From NCBI RefSeq assembly GCF_018977255.1, contig NW_024704843.1:1-64000 (forward strand): DNA of 64,000 bases. The letters run 5' to 3'. The DNA comes from Callorhinchus milii (taxonomy: Eukaryota). Positions 1-12,732 of this stretch are shown piece by piece; position 1 is the stretch's first letter, and the number at the start of each line of letters is the position of its first letter. A program made the position numbers and the translations under genes. The notes beneath the pieces are model-generated. The model worked only from the letters and a program-made list of their open reading frames with translations. It did no database searches and was not told the origin of the DNA.

Positions 1-900
1 TTCTAAATTGAGCAATAATGTGCAACGGATAAATTAATCCTTTCCTAAGCTCTTCTCTGAACTTAGTCTGTGTCAATGCATAAATGCAGGGATTGGTACA
101 GCAACTCAACCTTTGAAGCATGAGTCCAGTTTCTTGGACGATATATCTGGTGTTATTGACAAACGTTTCGGTATAATTAAAATTAGAGAGTTGCCATTTA
201 AAGGAGTATATAACAAAAGTTGTCCACAACAGTATAAAACAGCCCGATATGGCGAAGAGTAAAATTACGGATTTTCTTCGTTTTTCCAACTCTGAATCAA
301 TAGTTTTCTCCGTATTTCTGCGTCCCTGAAGCCTTCTGCGGACTTCACTGGCCGTCACAATATGCCTTGTCATCAGCGCATTGAACAGACAAATCAAACC
401 AAAAACAAACAAAGGGACTATAATACGATGGAACTTTTCAAATCCTTTCCAATTGGCCAAGTTATAATAGTTTGATTTGAAGACACATTACCATGGAATA
501 TTGTTAATTATAACGAAAGGATCAACTACAAAGTACCAGGGAATGCTCAGTGAGCAGCTTAGAAAAGCCAGGGATACTATAACCTTTGTGGCCATTCTCT
601 CTGTACAATATATTAATTTCAACTTTCGGCAGCAAATGGCTACAAATCGATCGAAAGTAAATGCAAGCGTGAACCACAAAGATATGTGGAGAATTGCACT
701 TAGCAACACACCTTTAACACTGCACACTGGAGTGTAGAATAAGAAGCTTATTGGGAAATACAGATTGTTAATTTTGTTCAACAAAACATCTACAAGGACA
801 ACCAGGAGATCCGCCACTGCCATGGCTACCAAATAGCAAGTAATGTTCTTGGAGAGTCCACACTTTCCTCTTGAAAGGATCACAATCGCCAGCAAATTAA
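1..900 (-). pseudogene. GPR139-like class A GPCR paralog 1, exon 2 (premature stop; 3' end runs off the window)
   Basis: Acceptor ttgcag at 901-906, then (V)NLLAIVILSRGKCGLSK...AMAVADL...AFTFDRFVAICC...NIPW. A TAA at 488-490 follows, and the same frame continues CVFKSNYY...RRKSVILLFAISGCFILLW...LSCCTNPCIYALTQTKFREEL to position 1. Colinear with the intact paralog at 54997-55943. Confidence 0.88.
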
Positions 901-2432
901 CTGCAAGAAAAATTTACAATAGAAAATTAAATTTTCATCAACAAAAATTGTTATACTAAACGTATAAAGCTGTATCTCATGAATTTGCGTTGTTTTTGCA
1001 TTGTTTCAAAGATGTTCGTATACAAAATACAGCGCAATTTGCAGCAAATCATGCGTAGTGGAAAGCAACATCCTCAAATTATTTATTGATTATTGAAAAG
1101 GGAAAATAATCATTTGCATAAACCAGTTTGATTAGAATTGTAAGTGTTCGGCTGCGATTTCATTCAATTGCTTCAATTAATTTCCAACTCATTTAGTATC
1201 ACGTAATACTTGCACGTGTCGTTCACGAGTATCGAATACCATCACGTTTGAGAACTCGGTACGTGATATAGTAACAGCGAATTATTTCGAGTTAGTAAAT
1301 TCGGCAAAACTGTCCTTGCCTCTCCTCTTCTGATGACCCTGTAAAGTGAACAATTCAGTTAATTGCTGTGAGAATTTTCATATTCACACCGTGTACAATA
1401 TGTCTACTTAACCATAGCGAATAGCACACTTGTACGTAGGAAAGAACAGCGTATTATTCAATGAAAAAGGAGCTGAGTTTTTAATCCGTTATCTTCGGCA
1501 GCATTTTGCATATCAGGTGACGTATGCAAACCAAGAAAAGGCAAATAATATTATTATGAATTTGTGTAATTATTTTTCTAAGAACAATTTATCGGTGAGT
1601 TGCAGGAATGAACATTCGTTGTGCTAAGTATTCACCATTATTGCTCATTTCATTTGTAACTGATAGTCCTCTTCTCCATGTATAATACGGACGAAGAATA
1701 GCAGAATACCCCGATATCAGAAAAAATCTGTATCGCAAGAAGTTACAGCTCAATGTGACAATTTCAGCGAAATTCACAATTAATCAGAAACTTGCCAAGA
1801 ACCCCCCTGCTGGAAACACAACACAACTATTGTCAGGTTCGAGACGTATTCAAATTCAGAATAATAATAATAACATCAGAGAAATATACAAAATAATGGC
1901 CCCATAGTGTGTGCATCAGCTCTCCGATGAAGGGGATCAATCACTTTTACTGACCTATTGACCTCATACATTTTGAAGGCTTTATCATTAATACACGGTC
2001 TACCTTCATCTTCAATCCTCAAATGGGCTGTGCCACTATAACCTTACCCTCGCCAAACTGTCCGAACAGTATTTTCAGGAAAAACGATAGGGCTTTGAAA
2101 CAAGTCAGCTTTTCTCCTTTGGTAAAAACAAGCTTTTCGCTGCTCATCCATTCAGAATCTCTGAAATTCCGTACCTCTATGAAGTCCATTATCAACCTTT
2201 ACATGTTGCAATGAAAATGAACCAACTTTTCTAATCTTTCCTCATGAATAAATTTCCTCATTCTTGTTGGCTTTCCTGTGGCCTCTCAGCCATTGTCCAA
2301 AGACTTAACTTGTTTCCAGAAAGCAGGTCCAAAGCAGAATGAAAATATCCATACGCGCCGAAGCACTGATTTGAAAGGTAGAATTTCTGCTTAAATTTCT
2401 TACTAATTTCTCATTTGTGAAAATGGAAGTCA

Positions 2433-2828
2433 TTACCAACTGAAACAGCTTACATTAAAAGTGCATCTGTCCTGCAGGTATTGTCTCAGAGTAATGTAAC
2501 GTGGCAGGGCTTCACGACAATTTGTGGAGAGATTGTGCAAGTCAGTGCCTGCACCATCAAAGAAGTTGTTGAGAACCGAATAGAGTAAGCAGGGAACATT
2601 GCAGAGCGATTGAGGCAGACAGATGTATAGTTTGAGATGAGTGCAGGCTGAAAAGATAGCCGTTGTATCATAGGGAACAAGCATAGAGGCATGACAACGG
2701 GATAGATATGTGTGAAGTATCAGGTCAAAAAGGTGTGAGGTGATGTTCGTGCTGAGACTTGAATTAATTTGTGAGTAGGCGTGGTGACCTTGAAATCGAT
2801 CAAGGGTTTCAGCTGTTAGGTGCTGCAC
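2433..2828 (-). mobile_element. Possible degenerate Penelope-like retroelement RT C-terminal fragment
   Basis: ORF segment STNIT...HTYL...AIFSACTHLKLYIC...NNFFDGAG loosely recalls the Penelope RT thumb pattern (ST..Y.K.TD.H.YL...S.H....K..IP.SQ..RL.RIC). Recognised from memory only. Confidence 0.3.
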
Positions 2829-2989
2829 GTGGTCTCAAGTGGGCAACGAAGCAAAAGTGAGATGAAACGATAAGAAATGTGGGGTAGCAAATACAGTTGG
2901 GTGCTCTTGTTAGGTTGTGCTTATTTTGGAAGCTGTTTATACTTTTTATGGATTCCAAAACTAGGGTCGCAAATATAACATAGCGACGA

Positions 2990-3220
2990 TGGGATGAAAA
3001 ATGGAAATTTGACCGAAGTTCTTCACGCTGAGAACAGTGATATTGCCTGAATAAATGCTTTGATCAGATGCATTCAAAATGAATACATACATTGACTTGA
3101 TGGAGAGGGGAATACAAGGTTATGGGAAGATGTGAAGACTCATGTCGATTACAAACACCAGCTTGGACGGGATGATCTTAGTGGCCTGTTTCCGGGCTGT
3201 AAGTTCTTTGTCTCTCTTTC
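2990..3220 (+). mobile_element. CR1 LINE 3' end fragment
   Basis: ttcttcacgctgag...gatgcattcaa...ggttatggg...tggcctgtttcc matches the layout of the CR1 3' end seen at 27.8 kb. Confidence 0.45.
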
Positions 3221-3551
3221 AAATTCTTTGTAAACAATTTTGTCACAGCCCTTTCCACTTATGTTATTACTTTCAAAGATTTATTCGCCTGTAATACCTA
3301 GTCAACTTGATCTTCTACGCCTGAAATGCTATACTCTGTCCAGCGTCTTGGGAGGTCCTCCTGACTTAAAATGCGCTAAACAAATGCAACCTTGCTGTTA
3401 TTGTTGTTATTGTTACACTATTCAATACATACATGCCCCTCAACTTCTTTCTCTCTACCAACATGAATAATGTAGCATTGTTAAATATTTTATGCCAACC
3501 AATGGAGTAACTTATTGAAAATTGTAAATCAATGCGGACAACTCGGCTTAC

Positions 3552-3621
3552 CTGGAATACCAACTGCTACAAGAATGGGATAGTAAGCAGCTACTATTGC
3601 GTACAACGTTGGAAGTTCCAT
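3552..3621 (-). CDS. GPR139-like GPCR paralog 1, exon 1 (MELPTLYAIVAAYYPILVAVGIP+G)
   Basis: ATG at 3621-3619, 70-nt exon, GTAAG donor. Phase 1 joins the exon at 900 in frame (G|TT = Val). Same length and YYP(I/V)L...G(I/V)PG motif as the exons at 52001 and 62166. Confidence 0.85.
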
Positions 3622-3847
3622 GATCCGTGTTACACTACAACATTTTGTTGCTGAATCCAGAGGCTTGTGTGAATACACTGATATCACACTCCAATAAGCT
3701 TGCACTTATAGCAAACACAAATCTGCAGCTTGCACAAGTATTTAGTTTCAATTATTACAATTAGTTCCAGACATGTGAACAAACAATATAGTGTATTCAC
3801 TTGGGAATTGCACATGTAACACTCGAATTCAATTGGTTATTGTACAC

Positions 3848-4170
3848 CTGTAGCTCCGTGGTTGGAGCACTCCCCTTGCAAGCGAGACACCTGGGTTCAA
3901 TTCCAGGCGGGGCGAAACCTTTGGCAAATTTCCTTACTGCACACGCCGAATAATAATCCCTCCAAAAACAAAAACAATAATAAATTGCTCATTTTCAATC
4001 GACGACTGTTTGCGGAGCACTACTCTGCGCCATCGGCTAACTATTCTCCCACAAATATACGGTCATTTCATTTTACAGTCTATTTTGTGAAGCGCTTTAA
4101 GACGTCGAGAAGATGCAAAAGGCGCTATATCAAATACACGGATTACTATGTTATCATTTTTGTGAATTCT
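3848..4170 (+). mobile_element. tRNA-derived SINE, divergent copy
   Basis: Head gtagctccgtggttggagc...gggttcaattcc and tail gtgaagcgcttt...cgctatatcaaat, homologous to the family copies listed below. Confidence 0.8.
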
Positions 4171-4969
4171 AAACAAAATACGTGAAAAATTCAGATTTGA
4201 ACAAAACCAAATACAGAATGAGCTGAAATTAGTATTCAAACATTACACATAAGTTACAGGAACAACACACAGAAATTGTAGCCTCATACCGCCGTTCATG
4301 CAGGAAGTTTTTCAAATTTAAAAATAGACTACATTCACACACATGAACATTGAATATTGAGAACCGAGATGGGGTGGCTGCCGAGGAGGTTAGAAAGCAA
4401 AAGAGAAAAAAGACATTGTTCACTGAGAATTGTCTTGAAAAGGACCGTGAGAGAGGTACGGGAGCGAGCGAGTCCATGGTTTATAAACATTAAGACCAAA
4501 TATATGTTCCCTTAATAAGTCCTCTGGAAGTGCTTGGTGGATCTCCAGAATTGAGTTGCAGACAGTGTAGTAGGTACGGCTGAAGCCTGGTCAGTGATGG
4601 TGGAACAAATACGGTGGGATTATAAAAAATGCTGGAGTTTGCAGTGTGATTGGAGCAGGCGGTTCACTGTGAATTCAAGGGTTTATTAAATTCAGGGGGA
4701 TCTTGCAAGCGAGGACAGGAATATTGAAATTAATTCGCTAGGGACGGGAGAGAAAATATAAAAAGTCAAGGTCTGCTTATAGGCACGAGGAGCCTTGTGT
4801 GGAAAAGGAAATGAGCTGGAAATTTCTGTATTTGCTGTAGATTATGTAAGAAGAAACGGGATAATCGGGCGAGCAAATCCTTGGCCAAGCTAAGTGGGGC
4901 GTGATAAATGCAAGTCGAATAGTTTGGTTGCTGGAGGGGAGTCTATTTGCTCGCCCATCTTCATGTTGC

Positions 4970-5245
4970 TTCCCACTGTGAAGATGGAGTTCAAGAATAT
5001 CCGCTTCGTCCATAATTCCCACAAAGGATTGACGTTCCTAACCCGCTACCAACCAACCCGCTCCCTCTGCTCAGTGGGCTCCAGCCTTCTTCAAGTTGAC
5101 CACTTCGCACACCCAACCTTTCGAGAGGGCCTTTTAGCCTCTCGGCAAACACTCTCTGAAACTGAAACCCACCACTCCTCGATCTCGATCTCGCTCCCCC
5201 CTCCTTCCCACTGGCACCCCCCACACCCCGAAACCCTTGCCTATT
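4970..5245 (+). mobile_element. L2 LINE 3' fragment (degenerate)
   Basis: C-rich block (gagttcaagaatatcc...cgctccctctgctc...actgaaacccacc) parallel to the L2 3' parts at 11.5-11.8 kb and 20.6-20.8 kb. Confidence 0.5.
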
Positions 5246-5289
5246 ATTTCCTGATCTGCAACTCAGCCTGTTATGTGAATTAACCTGGC

Positions 5290-5360
5290 GCCTTCGTGTC
5301 GCATCGGTAACGCGTCTGTCTCCAGATAGGTGGCTGCATATTCAAATCTTATCGAGGTCA
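5290..5360 (+). pseudogene. Degenerate tRNA-Trp(CCA)
   Basis: gccttcgtgtcgcatcggtaacgcgtctgtctccagataggtggctgcatattcaaatcttatcgaggtca aligns to vertebrate tRNA-Trp (GACCTCGTGGCGCAACGGTAGCGCGTCTGACTCCAGATCAG...TTCAAATCACGTCGGGGTCA), with several stem mismatches. Confidence 0.7.
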
Positions 5361-5895
5361 CTGTCTTGGTTCACGTTAACCCGACAAACAATGAAGTGGA
5401 CATTCTCATCTACGCAATTCAAAGTTTTACCAAGAAAAGCAACGTCATACCACATCTGTGTTTTCCCAGTTTAAAACAAAAATGTTGAAATTATTTTGAA
5501 ATCAATTACAACTTTATATTTCTGTCTTCCTTTGAAGAGTAAAGAAAGCACATATCTATTCAATCTGAGCTTCCCTCTTTAAATTCCAGAAACGTATCCT
5601 TGTTTTATTTGGAAATCCTGATGAGTTCTATACCAACTAACAATAAAAGTGATTCAGAACACGAATTGTCAACAAGTTGTGAAAAGCGTTCGCCGTCAAC
5701 TTATCCCATCTTATCTATTGAACTAAAATAACTTTTACTTACAATATCATGAAGGAATATGATCAGTGAGGTAATCTTTGTATCGGGCTTCCCTCCAGCA
5801 CATCTGTTCCACAGTTTTTCACAATTCATGGTTGATACAAATTTGGAAACATTCCTATAAACAGTGGCACAATTATAATAACAGGGACCAATATA

Positions 5896-5978
5896 CGTAG
5901 TCGGCAGGATTCGAAACTGCGCGGGAAGCTTCCCAGTGGATTTCTAATCCATCGCCTTAAGAACTCGGCCACGACTAC
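5896..5978 (-). tRNA. tRNA-Ser(AGA)-like, probably pseudogene
   Basis: Minus strand GTAGTCGTGGCCGAGTTCTTAAGGCGATGGATTAGAAATCCACTGGGAAGCTTCCCGCGCAGTTTCGAATCCTGCCGACTACG is close to vertebrate tRNA-Ser(AGA). D-loop GG has become TC, the B-box G has become T, and there is one anticodon-stem mismatch. Confidence 0.8.
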
Positions 5979-6449
5979 TGAACAACTATCGAGGAAATCA
6001 ATTGGAGAAAACCTTGCGTGCACCTCATTCCTCTANTTTTTTTGCTGATTTGAATTATCATTTGATTTGATTTCTTGCATTTCATATTGTAGTTTAGTAT
6101 GTTATCACATTGCCGTGACAACTCAATGACCTATGTGAGATTTTTTATTGATTGACATGTGTTGTGAAAATGTATATCTGCGGAACCTCTGCAGCAATTT
6201 GTCCACAACAAATAGCCGTGACGTGTCCAATTTTATCCTGGCAAATTGGGGCTACAACATAAGAAATAAACTTGATTCACTTTAACGCCCACTAGATGGT
6301 CTGTTCATATGTCAGGGTTGCAGTTTTAGCTGCTTATCATTCAGCAATTTAGTCATCAAACTCGCAGTCCGCAATCCTTTGCTTCTTGCCAACCTGGTCC
6401 AAATACTCATGGTAATTATGTAAACAGGCTGTGTTCCCTTTCTAGAGCA

Positions 6450-8030
6450 GCATGCCGAGGAAGCAACTAGGCACAGGCCATTCTAGACATTGTTTTATGT
6501 AACGAAACAGGTTGAGTTGGCAGTGTAGGTATTAAGAATCCTCCAGGGCAGAATGATCACAATATGATTGAATTCTGCAATAAGACAGAGAGGGATATAT
6601 TTAAGTCCGAGGCAAGTATTTTGAATTTAAATCAGGCAAATTTTGTAGATATGAGGAAAGATTTAGGTAAAATAGACTGGAGACTAAGATTAACAGGTAA
6701 AAATGTAGACCAACAGTGGCAAATATTTAAGATGTAGAGCAAAATTCTCAGCTTTCGCATATTCCCTTGCAGAAAAAAGAGAACTAAAGAGAAAGATGTT
6801 CATCCTTGGCAAACCAGTGCAGTTAGGGACAACATCAAATTAAACGAAAAGGCTTATAAAACTGACCAGAAAAGCAGCAAATCTAAAGATTGGGAGAGTT
6901 TTAGAAACCAGCAAAATAAAACAAAAAAGCTCATTAAGAGCGTGAAAAAGGAGTATGAGGGTAAGCTACCTCGGAACTTTAAGTCTGATTGTAAAAGTTT
7001 TTACAACTGTATTAAGGGGAATAGACTAGTTAGGGTAAATATAGGTCCACTACAGTCAGAGGTGGGAGAAGTTATATTGGGGGACAAAGACATGGCAGAT
7101 GCCCTAAATGGGTACGTTGCATCTGTCTTCACCTTGGAAGACACAAGTCTGCCAACAATATAGATGAACCAAAGGCATCAGGACAGTGATCAACTGGGGA
7201 AATTTTCATTAGTAGAGGATTGGCACTTGGGAAAACGTTAGCACTAAAAAGTGACGTATTCCCTGGTCCAGATTGCTTCCATCGCAGGGTTTTAAAAGAT
7301 GGAGCGTATGAGATAGTGGAGGCCTTGTGTCTGAAGAGCCCCCAAGGATTGGAAGATCGCAAATGCCACACCACTATTTTAAAAAGGTTGAAAGGTAAAG
7401 TTGAGGAACTATAGGCCAGTTTGTCTCACAGCAGCGATAGGAAATTTTTTTGAATCGTTGATTAAGGATGTGGTCGTGCGATATCGGCACAATATAATCA
7501 GGCCAATCCAACATGGCTTTACAAAAGGGAAGTCATGTTTGTCAAATCTCATAGAGTTTTTTGACGACATTTCCAGTAATCTAGATAAGGGTGAATCAGT
7601 GGATGTGGTCTGTTTGGACTTCCAGAAGGCATTCGATAAGGTGCTGCATAAAAGGTTTGTCCAAAAGATAGGGGCCCATGGAATTGGTGGGAGCATATTA
7701 ACGTGGATTGGGGAATGGTTAACGTGTAGGCAACAAAGAATAGGGAAAAACTGGTCCTTTTCTGATTGGCGGGATGTGATTCGCGGAGTGCGAAAAGAAT
7801 CAGTCATTGGGCCTCAGCTATTTAACATCTGTATCAACGATCTCGATGAGGACATCGAAGTTAATATATCCAAATTCGCGGATGACCCAAAACTTGCAGT
7901 AAGTGTCAACAAGGAGGGCAACGTTTAAAAAATGCAGCGAGACATAGAAAGGTTAGGTGATTGGGCAGGTAGGTGGCAGATGACATATAATGTAGAGAAG
8001 TGTGAACTCATCCACCTCGGCAGCAAAATC
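6450..8030 (+). mobile_element. CR1 LINE ORF2 fragment (late endonuclease to RT), frameshifted
   Basis: NYRPVCLT, HGFTKGKSCLSNLIEFF, VDVVCLDFQKAFDKV, INDLDEDIEVNISKFADD motifs in the 7401-7928 ORF, with upstream stops and frameshifts. Confidence 0.92.
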
Positions 8031-9335
8031 AGTATAGGGGTTCNTTTTTCAGGAGGGCAGAGCTTATAATGTTTACCAGAATATTTCGTTGTAGGCATAT
8101 GTTCGAATATTTATCTTTCAAAAGATTTGTTTCATATATATTGGCATAGTGTGTGGTTGAAGAGGGGCAATGAAGAATTATGATAGCCGAATGGCTGAGA
8201 TGTTGAACTCCAACATCATTTGTTTTATCACGCTAAAACATGCGCACAGAGTCTTCTATACGACATTTTGCAAGAAAAGTACAGCTTTATGTTAACATAA
8301 TTGTTGTCTCGGGCAAACCCTGGATTGACGGAAAATGACAATAACTGTAAGTGAGTTATTTAAAAATTGAAATCTGAATACAAAAAGATGGAAACACTGA
8401 CCACTGTGTGGTTTGGGATTGTTTGATCATCAGTACCTTGTTCTCCCACAACAGTTATCCAAGTGAAATATAAATGCCTTTAAAACCTGATTTGGATGAA
8501 CACAGCAACTAATTTTGGAAGAACGTTTTTTGGAGACCAAAAAGTTAACAGTGAATAGTGAATATGCTTATGAACAATGCTAGAGTCTCGCATGGTGGCT
8601 TAATTTACTATAAAATCTAATAACTTGGAGTGACAACATTTTCTTGTTGGTTAACTGTGGCTCCTCCACATTTGAACAGTTAGGAATAACTGCATTAAAA
8701 ACACTATGAACTTTTGAGAGCATATATTCGCCTTGAAATAATATGATACGTTTTAAATCATGTGTAACGGGCCTGTATCTGACGGAATAACTTTGTTGCA
8801 TCGACGGGAGCTGGGGTTTGGAGCCACCCGGGGTGGGGAGGGGAATGGGAAGCTTGCAGAATGAGACCGATAAGTTGTTTCCAGAAAGCAGAATTCCTGA
8901 AGAATGTATACGCTTTTCCAGTGCCCTTTGATCTCTGCGACAGGGTAACTATGTTACTTCCGTTTTTTTTCTATTCAACGTCAGAAAACATAATATCGAT
9001 ATATGTGCACAGTAACCAACACCGATTCTAAGCCGTTTGGACAATTGCTATGCAGAGTCCAGTAATATCAATTGCCCAAAGCGTAAACATCCGAAAATAT
9101 CTGCCACTGGATGTGTGAAATTGGGTGAAAAATATCCGTATGTCCAGGACTGTGTTTGTGACAAGGACCAGAAGTAAAACTCAGGAACTTTTCTCCATGA
9201 GCATCCAAGCTCTACCAAAAACAAATTGCAAACATAATTTTTTCATCATGTCTTTAGATTCACACCAACATTTTTTTTTAGTTTAAATTTCAGTGGATCT
9301 CGTATGGTAAAAAAGAAATCAATGCTGAAAACGAC

Positions 9336-9407
9336 TTCTCCGTCGAGGAATTGAATCCCGGTGTCACGAGTGACAAGCCGGGTTACTAACCACTACTGTA
9401 ACGAGGA
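9336..9407 (-). pseudogene. Degenerate tRNA-Asp(GTC)
   Basis: Minus strand TCCTCGTTACAGTAGTGGTTAGTAACCCGGCTTGTCACTCGTGACACCGGGATTCAATTCCTCGACGGAGAA aligns to tRNA-Asp(GTC). A TTTT follows a few nt downstream, and there are several stem mismatches. Confidence 0.75.
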
Positions 9408-9956
9408 TTCACACTGATTCATTTCGCACAATGCACAAAATACACAACGAATTTTTTATAAGGGTAACCCGATTGCTAATACCAAAGGCTGCAACTTTCA
9501 AAACAAGAAGTCTCGCCTTTGTGCTTAACTGAGTAACAAGGATAAGCCTGAATAAGATTCTCCGCAGCCACATCACAGCGTAGTGCTTCCATATTCAAGT
9601 TTTCATAACTTATGGCTGATTCCGTTGATACTACAAATCGTAAATGGAAAACGTAGATATTCCCCGAAAGGAAAGAATATTATTCAGACATTGAATCACA
9701 TGGCCCAAATCACACGGGATTCACGTGAACATCTCAAGGTGTGTACTTGCAGCAGCAGTGCACATTTTGTTCTTGAGACAATCACGTGATCTTGAGTGTC
9801 CATCATGGCTTTCAGTCTACTTGACCCATATTTAACTTAAAAGTTAACCCGTTCGCAACATCTACCATGATCCTAATATTACCAAAAATATATAAGTTCT
9901 AACAATATGTAGGTGACAAATGAATGAAGGAGAGTTTCGGCTGTATTTGAGGTAAA

Positions 9957-10284
9957 TAATAATAATAATAATTATCCTTGCATTTGATATAGCGCTGTTC
10001 ACGTCAGGAGGATGTCCCAAAGCGCTTCACAGAACACACTGTAAAGTGAATTGACTGTATATTTGTGGGCGAACGCGGCAGCCAATTGCACACAGAAATG
10101 TCCCACAAACAGTCATAGATTGAAAATGACCAATTTATTATTATTGTTTTTGGTTTTGGAGGGATTATTATTAGGCTCTGTGTGGAGCAAGGAAATTTGC
10201 CCAAGGTTTCGCCCTCTGCCTGGAATTGAACTCAGGTCTCTCACTTGCAAAGCGAGTGCTCTAATCACTGAACTACAGGACTCC
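9957..10284 (-). mobile_element. tRNA-derived SINE, full length
   Basis: Reverse complement of the family consensus, from the GGAGTCCTGTAG head to the (ATT)n tail. Confidence 0.92.
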
Positions 10285-10379
10285 ACTATGTTTGGATGCG
10301 GCTGACGTGGTGGAGCTGGAGGAAAGGTGTCTGATTCAGCATCGGATGAGGGTAGGAGGGACAAGGGAGTATTGAATCG

Positions 10380-11930
10380 GACGCTTCGATTGCACAGTCA
10401 TCTTGCAAATATTTCTTGTACACTCAAAATCCCCAATCTCACCACCACATTAAAGAAAACTTCCCTTGACCCATCACAGCTACCCTGCTACCGCCACAAA
10501 ACCGACCACACTTTTCTGTCGAAGGTCCTTGAGAGAGTCGTCGCCTCCCAGCTTTGCTGTTTCCTCTCCTCTCGTTCCCTCCATGAAACACTCCAATCGG
10601 GTTTCCGTGCTGCCCACAGCGCATAAACAGCCCTGTTCCAGGTCACAAACGACATCCTGACCTTGTATGAACAGGGCTCCCTTTGCCGCCCTCAATTCCT
10701 CGACCTCTCCGCCGTCTTTGACACCGTGGGCCACTCAAACCTCCTCCACCGCCTTTCCTCACACGTTAACCTTCAAGGTTCTCTCCTTGCCTGGTTGATG
10801 TCCAACCTTTCACATCGCTTCCACTTCGCCGCTGCAAACGGCTTCACCTCAGGCCCGCGCATCGTCTCGTACTGTGTTCCTCAGGACTCTTTCATGGGTC
10901 CCCGCCTCTTCATTCTCTGCATGCTCCCCCTTGGTAACATCATCCGCAGACATATGGGAAATTTCCACATATATGCGGATGAACTCAACTCTACCTCTCC
11001 AGCTCCACACAGAACTCCATGAATACTGGCGCTCTGAGCGACCTCAAGTCCAATTTTCTCCATCACAACATCAACGAGGCCGTCCTGTTTGGCTCGCGCC
11101 AGGGATTCCGCAACTCAGGCGCTGGCAACTTCAGGCTCCACGGCTGCACACTCAACCTCAATGAAAAAGTCAGGAGCTTGGGAATCTTGTTTGACCATGA
11201 ATTTTCCTTTCTATCCCACATCCGCTCCATGACCGGCACTGCCTACCACTACCTACGAAACATTGCCAGGCTCAACCACCGCCTCACCGCTCAGGATGTT
11301 GGAACCTTCACCCATGCGCTCGTCACCTCAAGACTTGGTTACGGGATCTAACTCCTCATCGACCTTCCCAACTCTTCCGTTCACAAGCTGCAGACCATCC
11401 CAAACTATGCAGCTCGTGTAATCTCAAGCACCAAGTTCAGTGACCCCATCACCCCAACGTCGGCAGACTCTACTGGCTCACCGTCCTCCAGAGGATCGAC
11501 TTCAAAATATTAGTCCTCACCTTTAAGGCAATCCATGATTTTGCTCCCTGCTGCTTCTATGACCTGCTTACACCCCACCAACCTGCCCGCTCCCTCCGTT
11601 CACCGGACTCCGGCTGCTCCGTGTCGCCCGCCCGACACGCCCTACCATCGGTGGCCGGGCTTTCAGCCTCTCTGCCCCCATACTCTGGAACGCCATCCGC
11701 GTCCCTTCGCCTTGCATTCTCCATTGCCTCTTCAAGGCCAGTCTAAAGACTCTTATCTTCTATCGTGCCTTCGATCGCACACCCACCTTCCTCCCTTATT
11801 TCACCCCTAACTCATTACTCCGCCATGCTCGCGTCCCGACCCTTGACTTTCGGCGCTTTGGGACGTCCTCCCGACGAGAAATGTGCCGTATAATAGTTAT
11901 GTAATTGTTGTTTTTGTTATTGTTCAATTA
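10380..11930 (+). mobile_element. L2 LINE, 5'-truncated RT plus 3' tail, decayed
   Basis: FLSKVLERVVASQL, LQSGFR, LDLSAVFDTV, VPQ and IYAD motifs across several frames. The 3' end ggcgctttgggacgtcctcccgacg is followed by (TTG)n-like repeats. Confidence 0.9.
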
Positions 11931-12404
11931 TCAATAAATACAAAAGTCCGGTCAATAGCGTTGACAAATGTCAGTATCGGAGTAACGGAACCCGGAGATG
12001 GTCACTCCATATCTCATTACAATATTTCCTTCTTTGGAAAAAATCAGTTAATAAATTCACAAACAGCAACACAATTCTTCCATGAGACGAATATTCACTT
12101 GCCTCTGCCCAGGAATCTGTCTCTTGTGTTCGTTCAGTGCGAAATGAAAGATGATTATTTAATAATGGACAACTGAGATGCGTACTTTAAATTGCAGTTG
12201 ATTTCCGTAGTTATGCTTCTCCTCCGTTTGCTTTCCAGACGATTTCAGCCATACTATAAGTTAAGTTAATTCTTGTTCTTCCTGAAATTACTGGAAACAT
12301 CAAACGTTGATGAAACGTCTATTTCTTGCGACTTTTAATCCCGAAGATAACACATTTGCTGCATCATTTCATGTCGTCAATTGAAAGATGATTGGGTAGA
12401 TATC

Positions 12405-12732
12405 GGAGTCCTGTAGCACGTTGGTTAGAGCACTCGCTTTGCAAGCGAGAGACCTGAGTTCAATTCCAGGCAGAGGGCGATACCTTGGGCAAGTTTCCTT
12501 ACTCCACACAGAGCCTAATAATAATCCCTCCAAAACCAAAAACAATAATAAATTGGTTCTTTTCAATCTACGACTGTTTGTGGGACATTGCTGTGCGCAA
12601 TTGGCTGCCGCGTTCGCCCACAAATATACAGTCCATTCACTTTACAGTGTGTTCTGTGAAGCGCTTTGGGACGTCCTCCCGACGTGAAAAGCGCTATATC
12701 AAATGCAAGGATTATTATTATTATTTATTATT
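12405..12732 (+). mobile_element. tRNA-derived SINE, full length
   Basis: A box, B box gagttcaattcc, body, L2-type tail, (ATT)n. Confidence 0.92.

Noticed and set aside
6288-6302. CTCF-like motif CCACTAGATGG, and partial motifs in the 22 kb TG repeat
   Set aside because: Single short motifs occur by chance and cannot be supported without ChIP or conservation data.
8175-8270. A fourth tRNA-like relic (gatagccgaatggctgagatgttgaact)
   Set aside because: Only the 5' half resembles tRNA-Leu/Ser. No recognisable T-arm or B box.
12405-12480. SINE heads folding like tRNA-Ala(TGC), and recurrent ORFs such as MTVYLWANAAAN and MGKFPYSTQSL
   Set aside because: Each head is fused to the same body and L2 tail, so these are SINE copies, not tRNA genes or proteins.
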